From the NCBI RefSeq assembly GCF_009914755.1, contig NC_060929.1: a DNA stretch of 64,000 bases, one strand, 5' to 3'. Below are positions 54,522 through 64,000 of the stretch, in pieces (the stretch's first letter is position 1; each line of letters opens with the position of its first letter). This DNA comes from the human T2T-CHM13v2.0 reference genome, Homo sapiens. The notes beneath the pieces were generated by a model. The model ran no database searches and was not told where the DNA came from. It saw only the letters and a list, made by a program, of their open reading frames with translations. The position numbers and the translations under genes are program-made.

Positions 54522-54662
54522 TGGAGTGGCAGCGTGGGCCTGTAGTCCCAACTACTTGCGAGGCTGACGTGGGAGGATCTATGCCTAGAACGTCAAGATG
54601 GCCAGCCTGTGTGACAAGGGACCCTATCTCAAAAAAAAAAAAAAAAAAGAAAAAAGAAAAAA
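54522..54662 (+). mobile_element. Alu monomer (FRAM/FAM-like) in RPS23 intron 2
   Basis: Right-arm-like monomer with A tail. Confidence 0.8.
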
Positions 54663-54691
54663 GGTATCTGAGGTAAGAATTAGAAAGTCTG

Positions 54692-54968
54692 GGCCGGACA
54701 CAGTGGCTCACGCCTGTAATTCCAGCACTTTCGGAGGCCGAAGCAGGCATTATCACCTGAGGTCAGGAGTTTGAGACTAGCCTGGTCAACATGGTGAAAC
54801 CCCATCACTACTGAAAATACAAAATATTAGCTGGTGTGGTAGTGGGCGCCTGTAATCCCAGCTACCTGGGAGGCTGAGGCAGGAGAAATGCTTGAACCTG
54901 GGAGGCTAAGGTTGCAGGGAGTCTTGCGCTACTGCACACCAGCCTGGGTGACAGAGCTAGACTGTCTC

Positions 54969-54993
<25 letters not shown>
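54692..54993 (+). mobile_element. Alu (Sx-like) in RPS23 intron 2, antisense to the gene
   Basis: Dimeric Alu; aaagtctg flanks on both sides. Confidence 0.95.
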
Positions 54994-54999
<6 letters not shown>

Positions 55000-55481
55000 G
55001 TTAAAATGGCTCTACCATCAAATATGATAGAACTATATGAAATTATTATTTTAAAAAGTCAAAACCAGTCAAATACTGGCAGTTTCATGTCTCAATCTTA
55101 GGTGTATGACCTCAATTAATTCTGATGCAAGTCACTTCTCTTCACCTTAGTTTTATCAAGTCGATAAAGTTCAATAGCTGACACGTGCCATTTACTTATA
55201 ACAACTCCCACAGTAAAGGTGTTTGTGTCCTTTACTTCATCATTGCTAGTATCTTCTCCAATTCCTTCCAGGCCAACGTTAAATTAAAACCTTAACTACC
55301 TAATTCCCAAAAACTAATTTTACCAACTTTTAAATAGAACAAACGCTTTGCAATTTTACCCCACAATGCCCAAATGAATACTACTACACAAAAACCTGCA
55401 ATTACTTTCAAAACAAGAATTCGTAAGTTCATGTCTCGAATTCCTATAATAAACTAAAACTTGACGGGAGCAATGGACTTA

Positions 55482-55649
<168 letters not shown>

Positions 55650-56109
55650 TTAAATATTTTAGTTCTTCCGTAAAAACACGCCATCTACGTGTTTCCCATC
55701 TTCTAAGACACTCGCCTCACCTGGAATAAACCCTTAAGCCGATTGGCTCTCGTACTATTTATTGGCCTGTGGGCCAAACATTTGGCCTTCAAGTTGCCCT
55801 GAACCGACTAATAAACGTTCGAAGAGGGCTCCGGAGAATGTGTTCTCCCGAAGGACGAGGCCCCGCTCGAATGCCCGGGAGGAAGCGCTGGCCTCCCTGC
55901 GTCCCTCGGTACCCCGACCTCGGCGGCCTCCACGCCTCATGGGCCCCTTCCGCGCCGGACCACGTGCCTCCTGGAGCGGCGCTTCCCCGGCCCTCCCCCA
56001 TGGAGCCTCTCCATGGCATCCCCCGCCCTACTCTATTCGCATCCGCCCGCCCGTCCCCAAGACCCCAAGTCCCGCTTGCAGCGCCCTTAAACCGGCCACA
56101 ACAGCTCAC

Positions 56110-56113
56110 CCAT
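56110..56113 (-). CDS. RPS23: RPS23 exon 1 coding part (ATGG)
   Basis: CAGGATGG|gtgagc; phase fits exon 2. Confidence 0.97.
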
Positions 56114-56137
56114 CCTGTCGGCGCCACGGGCCTGAGC

Positions 56138-56149
56138 GAAAGAGAGAAG
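56138..56149 (-). promoter_or_regulatory. 5' TOP / TCT initiator of RPS23
   Basis: CTTCTCTCTTTC pyrimidine tract about 25-36 nt upstream of the ATG, typical of ribosomal protein genes. Confidence 0.92.
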
Positions 56150-56719
56150 CACTGCAGGAAGGAGCCACAAGCCACCGCGAGCAAGCCCCGCCCAGCCAAG
56201 GACCCCGCGCCGCTGTCTGCGCCGCGCCTGACCCGAGGCTGGGGTCTCTCCTTTGAAAACGACGCGTTTGCATCACTTTCCTGAGCCAGAATCTGCGTCT
56301 TATTTAATTTGCAAGAAATTCAGAGATATCTAATTTGCATGGTTTTTTTTCCCCCTTTTTCTTTTGAATGCTGGAGACCGGAGGAACATGGACTACCAAT
56401 CCCAGAATGCGTTTTATGGGACCCGCTCACCGCGCAGGCGCTCTTGCCCAAGCCACTGAGAGCGGGACGCGGGGCTAGGTCAGAGTAGGAAGGAGTCGCT
56501 GAGCTGAATCTTTGTGGAGTGGAGTGGGGCGAGAGTCCTCCGAGTAGTCTGGAAAATTAGACTTCTGAGCCTTAATTCATACTTATAAGCAGCTAGTAAA
56601 TTGTAAAATATAGTGAAGCAATGTAGTGTAGTAACTAAAACCCCAAGCTTTGGAGCCAGATTGGGCCTTTAACCCTAAAGTTGCCGTTTATTTTGACTGG
56701 CGAGTCATTTACTTATAGA

Positions 56720-58820
<2,101 letters not shown>

Positions 58821-59209
58821 TCAATGATAACAATATAAGCATTAGATAGTATTTACTATGTGCCAGATTCTATTTTTGGCTTATATTTATTAACTCATTT
58901 TATTCTCATAAGGAATTTTACTGAGGGACAGATAACGATAATTTTACTGAGGGATAGATATACAAAAACTGAGGCTTTGGTGAGTTTAACTTCCCCAAGA
59001 TCACGTATTTAGTAAGTGGTAGAAGTAAGATTTTAACCCAGGTAATCTGGTTTTAGAATCTTGTATTTGACCCCTCTTATACTGCCTCCTAATCTAGAAT
59101 GGTAGGAAAATGCATTGACAAGAAAATAGGTTTTTTGAGCAGTTCTGAGAGCCCATTTGAAATCTGTGTTTATGAAGTGACATCAGTGAGTTATGTGTAT
59201 TTCTTCAGA

Positions 59210-60010
59210 TTCACAAATACTGCATGTTTACACTTATATGTGGAATCTAAAAATTTTGAACGGATAGAAGCAGTGAGTAGAATGGTGGGCGTGGGAGTTT
59301 GGGGGATCTGGGGAGCTGTTGGTCAAAGGATACAAAGGTTTAGTTTGACAGGAGGAGAAAATTTTCGAGAGACTTGTTGAATAACATGGTGACTCCAGTT
59401 GACCCACAAACAATATGGGTTTGAATTGTGTGGGTCCACATACAGGCAGATTTTCTTCTGCCTCTGACACCCCGAGAAAGCAAAAACTCCTCTTCCTCTT
59501 CCTCCTCCTCAGCCTACTCAATGTGATGACCTTTATGATGATCCATTTCCATTTAATGAGTAGTAAATAAATTTTCTCTTCTTTCTAATTTTGTTATTAA
59601 CATTCATTTCTGTGGCTTAATTTATTGTAAGAATATGGTATGTAATACACGTAACATGAAATATGTGTTAATAGGCTGTTTATGTTATCAGTAAGAGTTC
59701 CAGTCAACAGTAGGCTATTAGTAGTTAAGTTTTCGGAAAGTCGGAAGTTATACACAGATTTTCTACTGTGTGGGGAGGTCAGCATCCCTAACCCCCATGT
59801 TGTTCAAGGGTCAACTGTATAAATAACAAAGTTTATATTGAAAATTGCTAAAAGAATAGATTTTAAGTGTTCTCACCACAGAAAAATGATACAAAAGTAT
59901 TTGAGGTAATGCATATGTTAGTTAGCTCTATTTAACCATTGTACAATGTACATATATATTTAAAATATGTTGTAAACCATAAATATACACAGATTTTGTT
60001 AAAGAATAAA
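59210..60010 (+). mobile_element. L1MA-type 3' UTR, interrupted by Tigger2a
   Basis: 'cacttatatgtggaatctaaaaa', 'aattgctaaaagaatagattttaagtgttctcaccac'. Confidence 0.8.
59396..59817 (+). mobile_element. Tigger2a-like DNA transposon
   Basis: TIRs cagttgaccc...gggtcaactg, TA at the right end. Confidence 0.85.
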
Positions 60011-60353
60011 TAATTTAAAAATAATATTTAAAAAAGATGGAGCCACACAAAAAGTGATTACTCAATGAAATTGTGTCACTGTCTTACACTGAAAGCATAA
60101 ATCAACTCTGGATAAATTAAGGGCTTAAATATCAACAAGAAAACTTTGAAATTCTTAATAGAGAACAAAGGTGAATATCTTTTTGAACTTAGGAAAGGAA
60201 AATGTTTCTACACATGACAAGAATGATAAATTTGATCATATTAAAATTAAGACCCTCTATTCATCAAAAACATCTGAAAGAAAGTGAAAAGACAAGTTCC
60301 ATACTGAGAATTGCTATTCATAGCCACAAAACTTACAAAGGATTAATATTTTA

Positions 60354-60671
<318 letters not shown>

Positions 60672-60674
60672 CTA

Positions 60675-61288
<614 letters not shown>

Positions 61289-61765
61289 TTATTAACCACA
61301 GCTTAAATCTCTTTAATAGTTAAAGAAATACTTGTAAAACTGTAGGTTTTTTTTTTGAGTCAGATCTGGTAAGTCATTTTTCTGGGAATGTATCCATTTC
61401 ATCTAAGTTTTCAAAATTATTTCATAAAGCTGTTATGATATTCTATTATGGGTATGTATATATACATATGTGTATATATATGTATATATTATATATTTGT
61501 GTTGGAAGGTTCCAAACTATGACTTCAGTTTCTTTAGTAGATGTAGTGCTATTCAGGTTATTTTTTCTTGAGTGAGCTTTGATGGTATGTGCCTTTCTGG
61601 GAATTTGTCCATTTCATCTAATTTGTCTAACTTATGGCATGAAGCTATTTGTAATATTCTCCTATTATCTTTTTAATATCCATAGATTTATAGTGATTTC
61701 TCATCTTTCATTCCTGATTTTGGTGATTTGTGTCTTCTCTCTTTCCTCTCTTGTTTCTTGGTCAG

Positions 61766-62253
61766 TGTATTAGTCAAGGTTCTTCAGAAAAACAGAACCA
61801 ATAGAATGTATACGCATGCACACACATGCACACACACACGGAGGATTTATTATGAGAAACTGGCTCATGCAGTTGTGGAGGCTAAGAAGTCCCACAATCT
61901 GCTGTCTGCAAGCTGGAGACCAAAGATATCAGTTGTTTAATTCAGTCTGAGTTTGAAGGCCTGAGAACTGGGGCTGCTAACTGTGTAAATCTTAGTGCAA
62001 GGGCCAGATGAGATGAGATGAGATGTCAGGGAGAAATAAGGGGCAAATTCCTTCTTCTTCTGCCTTTTGTTCTATTTCAAGCCCTCAATGGATTGGATGA
62101 TGTCTACATTGGAGAGGGCAATCTGCTTTACTGAGTCCCATGACTCAAATGCCAATCTTATCCAGAAACATCTTCACAGATACACCCAGAAATAATGTTG
62201 AATCTGGCCATCCCTAGGGCCAGTCAAGTTGATACACAGAATTAACCATCACA
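61766..62253 (-). mobile_element. MLT2 (ERVL) solo LTR
   Basis: tgtattagtcaaggttc...aattaaccatcaca; exact 5-bp TSD gtcag (61761-61765, 62254-62258). Confidence 0.9.
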
Positions 62254-62541
62254 GTCAGCTAGAAGTCTAGCAATCTTATTGATCTGTTCAAAGAACCAGC
62301 TTTTTGTTTCACTAATTTTCTGTTATTTTTATTTATTTATGTTACTTTTTTTCTTTCCTTCCTTTTTTTTCAGCATGAACTATCAAGCAATCTATTGGTT
62401 TTTTGTTTGTTTGTTTGTTTTCATGTCATTTGGCCTTTATTGTTTACTTTCTTCTGCTTGTTTTGGACTTAAATTTGCTCTTTCTCTTTTTTTTTTTGGT
62501 TTATTAAAGTGGAAGCTTAGATATATTTTTTTTAATTCTTT

Positions 62542-63381
62542 CTAATTTGGTCTTGAGGTCTCTCTCTGGAAAGTGGCTATAAAATGCATCCTTGCTGTGA
62601 TGGGACTCCCTGATGGTTACGGATGCTTACAATGTACATTTCATGGGACACTTCTTTATCCTGGGGGATGGATGGCCTAATGCCTAAGTGTCTGACCCAT
62701 GCCCAGGTGTCCCTTTCACAGTATGCTTGTTTTACTGGCAGACACCCTGTGGTTCCTTGTTGGCCTGTGTCTAGTTTTTTCCTACCAAGATAGCCTTTCT
62801 CTAGGAGACCCCTGACCAGGAAAGAAGTCTGGGTTTGTCAGCAGATGAAACACAGAGGAGGCAGCACAACAAAACACATCACATAACAGAAGCAGTTTGA
62901 TTCCTTGACAGAGCCCAGAAAGAACAGGGCAGCACACCTTGCAGGGCCGTTTGGGACACACATGCTCAACCAGTGGGTAGGGGCAAGAGAGAGGCAGAGA
63001 CAGAGGACTTGTGGGATTAAAGCATTTATTGGGGTCCAAAGTATTATCCAAGCAGGTTTCCCATGGGGAGTTTTCATTGGTGGGTTTAAAGCAAGCAGGC
63101 ATGAGTTCTGTGGGGCCACGCTGTGACTGAGAGATGGTTACTGTGATATTTCCGTGCAGTCCGTGTGGGGTGTGGGGGTCAGTGGGGCATGTCCATGGGG
63201 CTGTATCTAGCTTCCCCATAGGGAGGTTGTCAACCGGAGGCAATTGTATCGGGGGCTATCTAGATCGACCACATTGAGGAATGGGAAGAAGTAGAGAAAT
63301 GGAAACTGTGTCAAGTGTGACTAAGCCCTGCTCTGGCATGAGAAAGTTCAACTTATATTCAGAATTGATGCTGAGGTAACA
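62542..63381 (-). mobile_element. ERVL-type solo LTR, MER54-like
   Basis: Minus strand begins TGTTACCTCAGCATCAATTCTGAATATAAGTTGAACTTTCTCATGCCAGAGCAGGGCTTAGTCACACTTGACACAG; subfamily from memory. Confidence 0.65.
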
Positions 63382-64000
63382 TAGCATTATAGAATTCACT
63401 ACAGTCATTGATTTGAAACCTTCAGTCTTTTCTAATATATTTAATGCTCTACATATCCCTCTAAGCACTGCTTGAGCTGCATGCCTCAGGTTTTGGTATG
63501 TTATGTTTTAGTTTTAATTCAATTCAAAATGTTTATTAATTTCTCTTTTGACTTCCTTTTGAACCATGGAATTAGAAGTATGTTACTTATTTTCAAATAT
63601 TTGGGAATTTCCAAATATATGTGAATTTTCTATGAACATTTGAAAAGAGAGTATATTCTGCTGATGTTGGGTGGAGCATTCTATAAATATTAACTGGCCC
63701 AAGATGGTTGATAGAGCTATTCAGGTCTTCTGCATCCTGTATTCAGGATGATAGCGACATTAAGTGGAGGGAGGTGAGGATCATATTTGGATGGTGGATC
63801 ATATTTGGATGTTGGATTATGGCTTTCAGTAATGAGCTTAATTATTACATTTTTATACATTTTAAAAATCCCACAAATAAGGCATGAACCAATGGTCAGA
63901 GTGTGTTATGAGCCAAGGATTATGATTGCTATTTCTCAGAAAAGAAAAAAAAAAAGGGATTTAATTTTTGTTTCTTGGTGCATTAAATTTTGAATTTTTC

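Larger units (their letters stand above)
55780..56545. promoter_or_regulatory. CpG island promoter of RPS23, possibly bidirectional
   Basis: High CpG density; octamer ATTTGCAT 56333-56340, ZNF143-type ACTACCAATCCCAGAATGC 56392-56410, NRF1-like GCGCAGGCGC 56432-56441, GC box ccccgccc near 56186. Confidence 0.9.

Noticed and set aside
55755-56284. Long overlapping ORFs (136-171 aa)
   Set aside because: Stop-poor GC-rich CpG island/intron 1; Pro/Arg/Ala-rich with no recognisable protein.
56426-56446. TCACCGCG as an snRNA PSE implying a hidden snRNA gene
   Set aside because: Only the 5' half matches, spacing to octamer/SPH is wrong, it overlaps an NRF1-like site, and no snRNA body is visible.
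58914-58960. Short two-copy tandem duplications (also 8946-8985 and 63778-63811)
   Set aside because: Ordinary slippage duplications of 18-26 bp with no spacers; not CRISPR-like or otherwise notable.
62782-63243. 153-aa ORF
   Set aside because: Lies wholly inside a solo LTR.

Overview
Primate, almost certainly human, genomic DNA matching the ATG10-RPS23 locus (5q14.2 by recollection). About 1-30.3 kb is repeat-rich ATG10 intron. The last two ATG10 coding exons (30349-30446, with the catalytic HPC cysteine; 31101-31212) and a non-coding terminal exon from 31855 follow on +. The complete four-exon RPS23 (uS12, 143 aa) gene lies convergently on - (56113..53894), with a 5' TOP tract and a CpG-island promoter carrying octamer, ZNF143 and NRF1 motifs. 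Between the genes is a three-level nested insertion: L1 > AluJ > a 6.5-kb LTR2B/Harlequin-type ERV that is mosaic and heavily G-to-A mutated. The main unexpected observation is a decayed, unprocessed duplicate of RPS23 exon 4 at 42931-43070 (-). It keeps its splice acceptor and downstream AATAAA signals and lay only about 2.6 kb from the real exon 4 before the nested insertions. Repeat subfamily names are recognised by eye, not by database search.
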